From an uncultured Candidatus Saccharibacteria bacterium (lineage in GTDB: Bacteria > Patescibacteriota > Saccharimonadia > Saccharimonadales > JACQNP01): a DNA stretch of 64,000 nt. The notes beneath the pieces are model-generated. The model ran no database searches. It saw only the letters and a program-made list of their open reading frames with translations, and was not told the DNA's origin. The position numbers and the translations under genes are program-made. Position 1 is the first letter of the stretch, and each line of letters starts with the position of its first letter. Shown here in pieces: positions 49,168 through 58,929 of the stretch. The stretch is taken from positions 23,937 to 87,936 of the forward strand of contig CAZPWF010000001.1 of the NCBI GenBank assembly GCA_964590725.1. The letters run 5' to 3'.

Positions 49168-50469
49168 ATGATTGAAGATTTTATGCCGGGCGGCCAAAAG
49201 CGCTCTATACCGGCTCCGGTAACTATTACCGATTATGACTCGTTTGAAGACCAGATAGTCGAACCCGACTTCATACCTCCAGAAACAATCCCAACAAACA
49301 TGATCACCAGTAGCGCAGACGATGCTAGCGAAGACGGAATCGAGGCGATTAACGACGAGGCGCCAGAAGACAACACCGATTACTCAAAAACACCCGAAAA
49401 AAAACCAAAGCGATTTAGACTACCTCAGCTCACAAAGAAACAATGGATAATTGCTGCGATTATTTTTGCAGTTATAGCTTTAATTATTGGGTTTTTTATT
49501 TGGAAGGTCACCCACAAATCAAAACCAGTAACGTCTACAACCGTAGCAGAACAGAAACCTACAGAACCGCCAAAACCTGTAGTTTACACATCCAAGTTAA
49601 CGGGTGCAGTAGTAACTCAACCAGAATCTGATTTACCTGTAACAGCAATGATGATAGAAAACAGTCCTGATGCCAGACCTCAGGCCGGGCTTAAAGACGC
49701 TGGCGTTGTTTATGAAGCGGTAGCGGAAGGTGGCATTACGCGCTTTTTAACTCTCTTTCAAGAAGCGCAACCAAACTATATGGGGCCAGTACGTAGTGTC
49801 CGCCCATACTATCTTGACTGGTTAGTGCCTTTTGACGCTCCTGTTGCACACGTCGGCGGGAGTGGCGAAGCCTTAGCCCAAATACGAGCCGAAGGTATTA
49901 AAGATCTTGATTACGCTCAAAATAGTAAATTCTATCACCGTGTCAGCAACCGCTACGCTCCCCATAATGTATATACGAGCCGAGCGGAAATGCTAGAACT
50001 TCAGAAGAGTAAAGGCTGGACAACAAGTACCTTCGTTGGCTGGGCGCGTAAAGAAGATAAGCCAAGTACAGCACCGAATGCTAAGTCCATTGACTTTGCA
50101 ATATCAGGTTTCTTATATAACCCACACTACGACTATGACGCCGCAAGCAACTCGTACAAAAGGAGCCAAGCTGGAAAACCTCACGTCGATGAAAAAAGCG
50201 GCGCCCAAATAAACCCTAAAACCGTTATTGCAATTGTCGTTCCAAAAAGTATTCATCCCGATGGGGTTCATACTATTTATAACACCAGCGGCAGTGGGAA
50301 AGCCTATATTTTTCAAGATGGTACGGTAACTGAAGGTGTCTGGGAAAAGAAGGATCGGAAGAGCGAAATGCGATTTGGTGACGCAAATAGTTCGCCACTA
50401 GCTCTCAACAAAGGTAACACCTGGATAAGCGTGGTTGGGGAGCCAGGAGCCGTAACCTACTCACCGTAA
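49168..50469 (+). CDS. DUF3048 (YerB-like) family protein with N-terminal TM anchor
   Basis: 433 aa. Block NSPDARPQAGLKDAGVVYEAVAEGGITRFLTLFQ...PVRSVRPYYLDW matches DUF3048 (recall-based). Confidence 0.5.
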   Translation: MIEDFMPGGQKRSIPAPVTITDYDSFEDQIVEPDFIPPETIPTNMITSSADDASEDGIEAINDEAPEDNTDYSKTPEKKPKRFRLPQLTKKQWIIAAIIFAVIALIIGFFIWKVTHKSKPVTSTTVAEQKPTEPPKPVVYTSKLTGAVVTQPESDLPVTAMMIENSPDARPQAGLKDAGVVYEAVAEGGITRFLTLFQEAQPNYMGPVRSVRPYYLDWLVPFDAPVAHVGGSGEALAQIRAEGIKDLDYAQNSKFYHRVSNRYAPHNVYTSRAEMLELQKSKGWTTSTFVGWARKEDKPSTAPNAKSIDFAISGFLYNPHYDYDAASNSYKRSQAGKPHVDEKSGAQINPKTVIAIVVPKSIHPDGVHTIYNTSGSGKAYIFQDGTVTEGVWEKKDRKSEMRFGDANSSPLALNKGNTWISVVGEPGAVTYSP

Positions 50470-50474
50470 TCATT

Positions 50475-52010
50475 ATGGACCACTTCAAACAACTCCAGAG
50501 TAAAGTAACAAACTATCTAGCAATTACTATTATCCTGAGTAATATCATTTTCATAACACTTTGTTGGTGGCTTTTTACTGCACAACCTATACCTATCATG
50601 GTATCAATCGGGCTGCTCTGTATTACTTCTATATTAGTTGGCGCCTTACTCGGATCAAAAGCCAGCCAATATGCACTTGAACCTTTGCGACTACTTAGAC
50701 AAGCTATCCTGCACGTGTCCCCAGAAGAAAGAGATATGCCGCCACCAAATATCGACAAAGTTCGCCTGGGTCGTGAATTAGTTACAGCATTAGTAATGCA
50801 GGTTTACCAGTTCGCTAGCCAACAAAATAATACCGACATTACAGAGCACCGCAAAGAGATCGTTCAGGCAGCAAACATAGTGAGTCATTTACCGTTACCA
50901 CTATTTGTATTTAACAAAACTCAAGTGGTCACAAATGCAAGCGATATCGCGCTTCAATATTGTCAGATGGAAAGTTCAAAATTGTTTGGCAAGGCGCTGT
51001 ATGAGAGTGTTAATTTGGAATTTCCAAGTGAACTTACATTAGAAAAATGGCTACAAGACTGTATAGACAATAAGATCACTGACACAGCATACTGGGAACG
51101 GGTGAGAATACGACTACCCGATGATGCTGCCATAAAACAATGCGACATAGCAGCTTACTATAACAAGGACAACCCAAGTGGTACCGAGTTTATTGTAACG
51201 CTGTTCGACCGCACCGCCCAATACAATCAAGATGACGAAGCAATGAGTTTCGTGGCGCTAGCAGTTCACGAGCTTCGCACGCCATTAACTATGCTTAGGG
51301 GATACATTGAAGTCTTTCAGGATGAACTATCCGATCAGCTGGACGATGAGCTAAAAGGGTTTATGCATAAAATGGAAGCCGCAGCCAGTCAGCTTACAGC
51401 ATTTGTAAACAACATACTCAATGTATCCAGAATTGAAGCCAATCAAATGTCTATGCAACTTCATGAAGAAAATTGGGAACAAACACTCAGAAATGCTTGC
51501 GAGGACGCTGAAATGCGAGCTAAAGTGCACGACATAGCCTTCGAATTTAAAATTGCTAAAGACCTGCCAACAGTAGCAGTTGACCGTATAAGTATTTATG
51601 AGGTTGTTAATAATCTACTGGAAAACGCCATAAAATATAGTCCAAATACTAAGAATATAATAATCAGCAGCAATCTCGACGATCAAGGTAACGTAGAGAC
51701 CACTGTCCAAGACTTCGGATTAGGTATCCCGCCAAATGTAATCCCTAATTTATTTGATAAATTCTACAGAAACCACCGAACGAAAACCGAAGTAGGCGGC
51801 ACCGGCCTTGGTCTGTTCTTGTGTAAATCGATTATTGATGCGCACGGTGGAGAAGTTTGGGCCAAATCAAAAGTAGGGGAAGGTAGCACCTTCGGTTTTA
51901 CCGTTCAGCCATACTCAAAACTTGCCGATGAGCTCAAAAATGGAGATAATACAGATGTCACTCGCACAGCTCATGGTTGGATTAAAAATCACTCATTGTA
52001 TCGGAGATAA
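50475..52010 (+). CDS. Sensor histidine kinase (two N-terminal TM helices, PAS-like region, HisKA, HATPase_c)
   Basis: H-box LAVHELRTPLTML. N-box/G-boxes LLENAIKYSP, QDFGLGIP, GGTGLGLFLCKSIIDAHGG. Confidence 0.8.
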   Translation: MDHFKQLQSKVTNYLAITIILSNIIFITLCWWLFTAQPIPIMVSIGLLCITSILVGALLGSKASQYALEPLRLLRQAILHVSPEERDMPPPNIDKVRLGRELVTALVMQVYQFASQQNNTDITEHRKEIVQAANIVSHLPLPLFVFNKTQVVTNASDIALQYCQMESSKLFGKALYESVNLEFPSELTLEKWLQDCIDNKITDTAYWERVRIRLPDDAAIKQCDIAAYYNKDNPSGTEFIVTLFDRTAQYNQDDEAMSFVALAVHELRTPLTMLRGYIEVFQDELSDQLDDELKGFMHKMEAAASQLTAFVNNILNVSRIEANQMSMQLHEENWEQTLRNACEDAEMRAKVHDIAFEFKIAKDLPTVAVDRISIYEVVNNLLENAIKYSPNTKNIIISSNLDDQGNVETTVQDFGLGIPPNVIPNLFDKFYRNHRTKTEVGGTGLGLFLCKSIIDAHGGEVWAKSKVGEGSTFGFTVQPYSKLADELKNGDNTDVTRTAHGWIKNHSLYRR

Positions 52011-52013
52011 GTT

Positions 52014-52403
52014 TTGGATCAAAAGGCAGCAGCATCAAAAAAAGTACTTTGCATAGAAGATGAACATTTTATCAGTGAACTTTACGTACGCGCGCTTACC
52101 AAAGCAGGTTTTGAGGTCACCACCGCGATCGACGGCGAGACCGGTCTCAAAGAATCCCTCACCGATGCTTATGACGTTATATTGCTCGACATAATGATAC
52201 CCACCATAACAGGCATCGAAGTACTCAAACGCCTCAGAGACCCCAGCCAGCCACAAATCCACAGCAAAATTATTATTACGACTAACCTAGAGCAAGGTAT
52301 CCACGGCCGAGAGGATATCGAAAAACAAGCCGATGGCTACGTCATCAAGGCAGAGATAACCCCGCGACAACTTGTTGAATTTATAAATCAACTCTACGTC
52401 TAG
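52014..52403 (+). CDS. Stand-alone response-regulator receiver domain protein (CheY-like, no output domain)
   Basis: 129 aa. Acidic pocket (CIEDEH), phospho-acceptor Asp in VILLDIMIP, conserved Thr/Lys region. TTG start 3 nt after the kinase stop. Confidence 0.7.
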   Translation: MDQKAAASKKVLCIEDEHFISELYVRALTKAGFEVTTAIDGETGLKESLTDAYDVILLDIMIPTITGIEVLKRLRDPSQPQIHSKIIITTNLEQGIHGREDIEKQADGYVIKAEITPRQLVEFINQLYV

Positions 52404-52691
52404 ATTGTATTTGTTTACAAAACGCTCATGTATTACAATAAGTCTTACTAGTTGTGGGCGTACTCTCCGGTGTTTGACGCATTAGAGTTTTCACACCCAG
52501 ACTTATATAAACTTCAGCAATCATACTTCGGTCCCTGTGCGCTATTTCAAGCAACAACTTCCTGTGTAATCAAAAGAGTTTAGAACGGTTCACTCTTTCT
52601 TGACAGGCAGTTCCTCTCAATCAAAACCCGTTCGTCTTATTTATAAAGATTAGGACGGTGTCTTTTTGTACACCGAACAGAGGAGCTTGAA
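52404..52691 (+). promoter_or_regulatory. Long (288 nt) leader/regulatory region upstream of umuDC-like operon, containing palindromes
   Basis: ATTGTATTTGTTTACAA (52404-52420; TTGTA-N6-TACAA). AGAGTttaGAACgGTTCACTCT (52575-52596; GAAC/GTTC core). GAGGAG SD before ATG 52692. Confidence 0.3.
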
Positions 52692-52934
52692 ATGTCTTAT
52701 ATCAATCAAACAGTCAGCGTAAACGCCTTTTATTTCTTAAACTGCCTAGGCGAAATGAAAACCTTCCCAAAACAAATAGAGCTGGACAACACTAGCTACA
52801 CATTTAACGACGGGCTGCAGTATCTTATACAAAAAGGCCAGCAGGTGATACGCATATTTGAAATGACAGACGGTCAGACCACCTTCCGCTTGCGACACGA
52901 AGACAACTGCTGGACATTGGTCGGCACAAAATGA
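52692..52934 (+). CDS. Small hypothetical protein (80 aa), first gene of the umuDC-like operon
   Basis: Its stop overlaps the umuD start (ATGATGA arrangement). Good SD. No family recognised. Confidence 0.4.
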   Translation: MSYINQTVSVNAFYFLNCLGEMKTFPKQIELDNTSYTFNDGLQYLIQKGQQVIRIFEMTDGQTTFRLRHEDNCWTLVGTK

Positions 52935-53260
52935 TGAATAACGAAGAGGGTGTGACAGTCCATACTGGTTTTCCTAACCCTGCGACTGATTCAAACATAA
53001 TTCCTTTGGACCTAAGTAAGCTACTCATTAAACATCCACTGAGTACTTTCTATATGCGCATAGACACTTCGGAATGGGAAGATCGCGGTGTCTATAAAGA
53101 CGATCTGGTGATTATCGATAAGTCTTTAGCGCCCAGATCGACAGATCTAGTAATCTGGTGGGGAGGGTCCTACTTTACTTTATCAAAATTCAACAAGCTG
53201 CCACTAGATAGCATTGTATGGGGTGTTGTAACATCGGCTATCCACCAATATAGATCATGA
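52931..53260 (+). CDS. umuD: UmuD-like S24 peptidase (translesion polymerase accessory subunit)
   Basis: 109 aa. GFPNPATD (UmuD GFPSPAAD), LDLSKLLIKHPLSTFYMRI. Ser in DTSEW and Lys in FTLSKF align to the catalytic Ser/Lys dyad. Confidence 0.65.
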   Translation: MMNNEEGVTVHTGFPNPATDSNIIPLDLSKLLIKHPLSTFYMRIDTSEWEDRGVYKDDLVIIDKSLAPRSTDLVIWWGGSYFTLSKFNKLPLDSIVWGVVTSAIHQYRS

Positions 53261-54537
53261 AAAAACCAATATTTGCATTGATCGATTGTAATAATTTCTT
53301 CGTAAGCTGCGTGCGCATTTTCCGACCAGACTTAGAAGGCAAGCCAGTAGTCGCATTATCAAGTAATGACGGCTGCGTAGTGGCTCGCAGCAACGAAGCA
53401 AAGGCTTTAGGCATACCAATGGGGGCGCCAGCTTTCAAGTGGAAGCACCTTTTTCAAAAACACAATGTAATACAATTCTCTGGCAATTTCGAGCTATATG
53501 CTGATATATCTCGTCGCATCACAACCCTACTAACATCAATTACTCCTCATATAGAAATTTACTCTGTTGACGAATCATTTTTAGATCTGTCGGAGCTAGA
53601 AATTGATAACTACACAAAATGGGGAGCAGAAGTACGATACAGAATCCTGCAGTGGACCGGCATGCCGGTATCAATTGGTATAGCCGGCAGCAAAACCCTA
53701 GCCAAGCTTGCCGGTGATCGTGCAAAAAAAGAACCTTCTCTTAGTGGCGTACTAGACCTGTATACCTCAAGCGAAGAAGATAGAATTGATCATTTATCTC
53801 AAGTGCCACTAGAAGATATTTGGGGTGTAGGCCGGAAACTAACCCCTAAGCTAAAAGCCGAAGGTTTATTTACGGCAGCCGATATGATCAAACTTCGACC
53901 ACAACTAGCTCAAAGCCTAATGGGGATACATGGCAGACAGCTAGTAGCCGAATTACAAGGCATGAGTTGTCTATCGTTACAAAAAACCAGCAAACCAGCT
54001 CAAAGCATCGCTAACACCAGAACTTTCGGTGAAGATACTAATCAATTTCAGGTTCTCGAAGCAGCTGTAGCATCCTTCGTCGCAAATACAGCCCGCAAGC
54101 TCCGCGCCAGCCACCAGCTAACTACTAAGGCCGGTATTTTTATTGCCACCAATAAGCATAAACCTGGCTTTCAAACCAAGGTAGAAAATATTCACTTCTC
54201 GTCACCAACTGCTGACACCGGCTATATAACCCATACCATAATCCAGAAATTACGTAATATGTTCAATCCCCAGGACTTTTATCATAGGGCAGGGGTTTGG
54301 TTGTATGACTTAATACCAGAAAACGCATTTCAGATAGACCTAATGGGTGAGTCGAGACCAGATAGGTTTGATATCTCTAATCAACGTATGCGCGCCTTAG
54401 ACAGCTTAAATACCCGATATGGTAAGCGCACTGTCTACTTTGCTGCGGAAGATTTAGGCAAAAGTTGGCAACCAAAGCGGGGACTGCAAATGCCTCGCTT
54501 CACTACACGTTGGAGCGAATTGCCAAGAATAAAATAA
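53257..54537 (+). CDS. umuC: UmuC-like Y-family DNA polymerase (Pol V catalytic subunit)
   Basis: N-terminus FALIDCNNFFVSCVRIFRPDLEGKPVVALSSNDGCVVARSNEAKALGIPMG closely parallels E. coli UmuC. ATGA overlap with umuD. Confidence 0.85.
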   Translation: MKKPIFALIDCNNFFVSCVRIFRPDLEGKPVVALSSNDGCVVARSNEAKALGIPMGAPAFKWKHLFQKHNVIQFSGNFELYADISRRITTLLTSITPHIEIYSVDESFLDLSELEIDNYTKWGAEVRYRILQWTGMPVSIGIAGSKTLAKLAGDRAKKEPSLSGVLDLYTSSEEDRIDHLSQVPLEDIWGVGRKLTPKLKAEGLFTAADMIKLRPQLAQSLMGIHGRQLVAELQGMSCLSLQKTSKPAQSIANTRTFGEDTNQFQVLEAAVASFVANTARKLRASHQLTTKAGIFIATNKHKPGFQTKVENIHFSSPTADTGYITHTIIQKLRNMFNPQDFYHRAGVWLYDLIPENAFQIDLMGESRPDRFDISNQRMRALDSLNTRYGKRTVYFAAEDLGKSWQPKRGLQMPRFTTRWSELPRIK

Positions 54538-54588
54538 CCAAAACGCTTATGCTTGCGTTGGAAATGCTAGACTGAGAGAATGTAGGCA

Positions 54589-55287
54589 ATGATGGAACAC
54601 ATTCCGCGTATTGGGATACTCGCTTCGGGCGGAGGGACAACCGCTGAAGCTCTAGCAAGGGCTATTCATGATGGTCAAATAAACGCAGAAATCGGCTTAG
54701 TTATATCTAGTAGAAAAAATGCAGGTATTTTAGAAAAAGTAGAGCGATGGAACGCCGATTGGGGTTTTGTTGTAGAGCCTGCTGTTATTAATAACTACAC
54801 ACACCCTGAGGGACCTAGAATGCGCGGACAGAGCCAAGAAGCAGCAGAGGTGATATGTGAACTAGGCCAAAAAAACGGTTTGAATTTATTTGCCCAACTT
54901 GGCTATATGGTAATCGGAAATGATCCATATATTTGTGAATGGGGGTTTATCCCCGAAAAGCACTCATCCATCTACCAAGCGAGAGCAATAAACACACATC
55001 CTGGAACATTACCACTAACAGCAGATACTCACGGAGATGGAGCCTCAGAGTTAATGTTGACCGCATACCGAAAAGGAGAAATTACTGAAGCAAAGCATTC
55101 GCTTCACGTAGTAGCAGAAGAGGTTGACGCTGGACCATTAATCGCTGAGCATCCTGTAACTATTGAGTTTGGCGATACGAAAGAAACGCTATTTGACCGT
55201 ATACAACTAATCGAAAAAGCAGTAATAGGCTACGCGATCGACTCATTTATTCGCGGCCAACAGGAGTACCAAAATGGAAATTCATGA
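54589..55287 (+). CDS. purN: Phosphoribosylglycinamide formyltransferase
   Basis: 232 aa. RIGILASGGGT N-terminus and NTHPGTLP catalytic region. Contains an internal insertion relative to typical PurN. Confidence 0.75.
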   Translation: MMEHIPRIGILASGGGTTAEALARAIHDGQINAEIGLVISSRKNAGILEKVERWNADWGFVVEPAVINNYTHPEGPRMRGQSQEAAEVICELGQKNGLNLFAQLGYMVIGNDPYICEWGFIPEKHSSIYQARAINTHPGTLPLTADTHGDGASELMLTAYRKGEITEAKHSLHVVAEEVDAGPLIAEHPVTIEFGDTKETLFDRIQLIEKAVIGYAIDSFIRGQQEYQNGNS

Positions 55288-58117
55288 GATTCGAGTTTTC
55301 GGCGAACACGACCCGACCGCTGAAGCAATTAAGCACCAAGCAAAATCAATGCTTGATATCGACATCGCCCTCACAACTGCGCGCGTATTTCGAGTAGAGG
55401 GAATTGAAGATGAAGAAGCTACTATTTTGGCGGAAAAACTATTCAGTGACCCACTTACGCAAGATATAGAAATCGGCGACAGAAAAGACTGGGATAACGC
55501 CAAGACAGTTGAAGTAGCGCCACTAATTGGCATGATGAACCCCGAAGCAGAGTCTATTAGTTACGGCGCAGAACTACTTGGTGTTAGACCTGTTGCCGTT
55601 GACTCAAGCACTGAATACAGATTCGCTGGCAATACTCCAGATACAATAATCGGCGAAGTGATCAGACGAGTCGCCATGAATGAAAAAGTAGAGCGCACCA
55701 TGGACACCAAGCCTGATACGCTACAGATCACAGGGAACGTCGGTCAGATTAAAATCGTACCACTGTGTGACCTTGATGATAATGAACTTTCTAACTTATC
55801 AGAAGATCGAAGTCTATTTCTAGATATCGAGGAACTAAAAGGCGCCCAAGTCTACTTCAAGAACAAAGGTAGAGAACCTCGTGACGCGGAACTCGAAACT
55901 CTAGGTAGTCATTGGAGTGAGCACTGCGGACATAAAACTTTCAACGCCAAGATTTTCAAAGACGGTGTTGAAAAATCACCGCTATTTCCACGACTAAAGA
56001 ATAAATCAGAGGAGTACTTTGATGACGAAATCGTATCAGCATTCCATGACAACGCTGGCGTTTTCTTGTTCTACGATGGCATGTGTATAAACATAAAATT
56101 AGAAACTCATAATAGTCCATCAGCACTCGATCCGTACGGCGGTAGTATGACGGGTAGCGGCGGTGTATTCCGTGACGGTATGGGTACGGGACTTGGTGCT
56201 AAAGTCATCCTATCAATCGACATCTTCTGTTTTGCGGATCCACATCTTGACAAGGGAAAGCTGCCAGAAACATGCCTCGATCCAATGTATCTACAACAAC
56301 GCGTAATTGACGGTGTCCGGGACTATGGTAACCGTATGGGTATCCCTACCGCTAACGGTTCAATACACTATGATGACGATTTTCGAGCTAAGCCAACTGT
56401 CATGGTTGGAGAATTAGCTATCCAGCCACTAGAACTTGCCAAGAAAGGCGAACCGGAAAACGGTGACCTAGTTGTCACTATGGGTGGCAAAACTGGACGT
56501 GATGGTATTCATGGCGCGACCTTCTCGTCCGGCGATATGACTAATGAAACGGCAACTATTCACTCTAGCGCTGTTCAAATTGGCAATGCCATAGAAGAAA
56601 AGAAGTTGCAAGACGCCATTCTCGAAGCCGGACAAACTGGCTGTATGCGCGCCCTAACAGACTGTGGTGCAGCAGGATTTGCTTCTGCGATTACTGAAAT
56701 GGGCTCAAATATTGGCGTTGAAGTCGATATCAGTAAAGCCCCATTAAAGTATAACGGCATGGCGCCATGGGAAATATGGATGAGCGAATCTCAGGAGCGT
56801 ATGGTGGCCGCTGTAATTCCAGAAAGATACGAAGATTTTGCAAAAATTTGTGCTAAGTATGGTTGCGAAATAGCTGTGCTTGGCGCATTCGGTACGCCGG
56901 AAGGACAAGATCCTATGTTGCATGTCACATATGGCAATGAAGAACTGATCGAACTTGAGTATGATTTCCTAGAAAACGGACTTGCTCAACGTGAACTCAT
57001 TGCCAATTGGCAAAGACCTGAGATAGAAGAAATCGATGTCCCAATTACTGACTGGAACAAAACTATAAAGAAGATCTTGTCGCATGGTAACATCTGCTCA
57101 AAAGAGAAAGTCGTCCGTCAGTACGACCACGAAGTACAGGGTGGTGTCATTATGAAACCATATAGCGGTGTCCACAGGGATGCACCAAACGATGCTGTCG
57201 TTCTACAACCAATTGCTGGCAAACCTTATGGCTTGGTCCAGGCCCACGGCATGAACCCTGTGCTTAACAATATTGATCCCTATTGGGGGAGCGTATGGGC
57301 ATTTGCAGAAGGCATGAGTAACTATGTTGCAGCAGGCGGCAACCCTGACAAAGCCGTACTAACTAATAATTACGTCACCGCAACGCCAGACGACCACGTA
57401 ATGGGAGCACTCGACATGATGGTGGATGCCGTATATGACAGCATGGACGCTATTAAGAGACCTGTAATTTCTGGTAAGGACAGCCTGTCGTCTCGATTCA
57501 AGCGTAAAAATGCCGCTGGCGAAGTAGTAGAGACCATAGACATTCCTCCGGTACTTACTATGACAGTCGCTGGGCGTATTGATGATATCGCAAAGACCGT
57601 AACGACAGACATCAAGAAACCAGGGTCTACATTAGTTATGGTCGGTAAGGCGGACTATGAAGCGCTAGGTGGCTCAATCCTCTATAAAACCCACGACGGT
57701 AGCAGCGCGAATCTACCGAAAGTCGACCTAGGACAGCTACCCAAAACACTTCGTGGTGTCTACAGGGCGATTCAGACCGATAAAGTACTGGCCTGTCACG
57801 ATATTAGCGAAGGTGGATTAGCGGTGGCTGTTAGCGAAATGGCATTCGGCGGTGATTGCGGAGTAGAGCTTAATATTCTAGGAGATTTATCAATAAAGCA
57901 ACAATTATTTAACGAAACAGCTGGCTGCTTCGTAGTAGAAGTTGAAGACAATGAAACTGCCCGTGAACTTTTCGCAGATCTACCACACCGCATAATAGGT
58001 AAAACCACCGAGGATAAGCAATTTCGAACAACACTAAATGGTGGTGAATGGTTTAATTGTTCTATTGACGAGCTCAAAGCTGCCTGGAAGAAGCCACTAG
58101 AGGAGGTTATAGCATGA
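55274..58117 (+). CDS. purL: Phosphoribosylformylglycinamidine synthase, fused PurS-PurL
   Basis: 947 aa. N-terminal ~80 aa PurS-like (EIRVFGEHDPTAEAIKH...). Remainder carries PurL-type AIRS domains (GGSMTGSGG, DCGAAGF, ISEGGLAVA). Confidence 0.85.
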   Translation: MEIHEIRVFGEHDPTAEAIKHQAKSMLDIDIALTTARVFRVEGIEDEEATILAEKLFSDPLTQDIEIGDRKDWDNAKTVEVAPLIGMMNPEAESISYGAELLGVRPVAVDSSTEYRFAGNTPDTIIGEVIRRVAMNEKVERTMDTKPDTLQITGNVGQIKIVPLCDLDDNELSNLSEDRSLFLDIEELKGAQVYFKNKGREPRDAELETLGSHWSEHCGHKTFNAKIFKDGVEKSPLFPRLKNKSEEYFDDEIVSAFHDNAGVFLFYDGMCINIKLETHNSPSALDPYGGSMTGSGGVFRDGMGTGLGAKVILSIDIFCFADPHLDKGKLPETCLDPMYLQQRVIDGVRDYGNRMGIPTANGSIHYDDDFRAKPTVMVGELAIQPLELAKKGEPENGDLVVTMGGKTGRDGIHGATFSSGDMTNETATIHSSAVQIGNAIEEKKLQDAILEAGQTGCMRALTDCGAAGFASAITEMGSNIGVEVDISKAPLKYNGMAPWEIWMSESQERMVAAVIPERYEDFAKICAKYGCEIAVLGAFGTPEGQDPMLHVTYGNEELIELEYDFLENGLAQRELIANWQRPEIEEIDVPITDWNKTIKKILSHGNICSKEKVVRQYDHEVQGGVIMKPYSGVHRDAPNDAVVLQPIAGKPYGLVQAHGMNPVLNNIDPYWGSVWAFAEGMSNYVAAGGNPDKAVLTNNYVTATPDDHVMGALDMMVDAVYDSMDAIKRPVISGKDSLSSRFKRKNAAGEVVETIDIPPVLTMTVAGRIDDIAKTVTTDIKKPGSTLVMVGKADYEALGGSILYKTHDGSSANLPKVDLGQLPKTLRGVYRAIQTDKVLACHDISEGGLAVAVSEMAFGGDCGVELNILGDLSIKQQLFNETAGCFVVEVEDNETARELFADLPHRIIGKTTEDKQFRTTLNGGEWFNCSIDELKAAWKKPLEEVIA

Positions 58118-58920
58118 CGAACCCTAATGTATGTGTCTTAAATGCGCCAGGCATTAATTGCAACGTCGAGACAGCTGAAGCTTTTGATCTAGCAGGCGCA
58201 AGAACGGAACAAGTTCATATAAGTCAGCTAAGATCAGGTGAGCGTAAATTATCCAATTACAAAATTCTGGCTCTATCTGGCGGGTTTTCACACGGTGACG
58301 ATCTTGGCTCGGGGCGCATTTTGGGCTTAGAACTACGCACACAATTACGTGACCAAGTTAGTGAATTTGTCGACATAGGTGGAACGGTTATAGGTATCTG
58401 CAATGGTTTCCAGACGCTCGTGGAAAGTAGTCTGTTAACTGAAGGTAAAACCGGACTAGATGCCCCTAAAACTGCATCCTTAATACACAATAAAGATAGT
58501 GGCTTCCAGTGTCGCTGGAGTCGATTGAGAGTCGAGCAGTCCAAATGTTCATTTGCCCAACCTGAGTTGCTTGGAGAATTTATAGAACTGCCAGTCGCAC
58601 ATGGCGAAGGACAATTTTTGATGAAAGACGTTGAGGCATATCAGCAGCTCGAAGAGAGTGGGCAAATAGTTTTCCGGTACTTAGATAAACAGGGTGGAGT
58701 AACCGAAGAATTCCCAGACAACCCTAATGGATCACTGTACGGCATTACTGGCGTGTGCGATCCAACAGGCCGAATACTGGGCATGATGCCTCATCCCGAA
58801 CGATTCGTTAGGCCAGAACAATATATAAATTACCACCGAGCCAAAGCACTAGGAGAAACGGTCACGCCTCACGGGCTACCGCTATTTGAGTCAATGGTTA
58901 AATACGCAAAAGAAAGCTAA
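58114..58920 (+). CDS. purQ: Phosphoribosylformylglycinamidine synthase glutaminase subunit
   Basis: 268 aa. Class I glutamine amidotransferase motifs GICNGFQ (Cys), MPHPER (His). ATGA overlap with purL. Confidence 0.85.
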   Translation: MTNPNVCVLNAPGINCNVETAEAFDLAGARTEQVHISQLRSGERKLSNYKILALSGGFSHGDDLGSGRILGLELRTQLRDQVSEFVDIGGTVIGICNGFQTLVESSLLTEGKTGLDAPKTASLIHNKDSGFQCRWSRLRVEQSKCSFAQPELLGEFIELPVAHGEGQFLMKDVEAYQQLEESGQIVFRYLDKQGGVTEEFPDNPNGSLYGITGVCDPTGRILGMMPHPERFVRPEQYINYHRAKALGETVTPHGLPLFESMVKYAKES

Positions 58921-58929
58921 GGGAGTTTT

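Noticed and set aside
52600-52605. TTGACA hexamer in the umuDC leader as a -35 element
   Set aside because: No acceptable -10 hexamer 16-19 nt downstream. The nearest TATAAA-like sequences are about 36 nt away.
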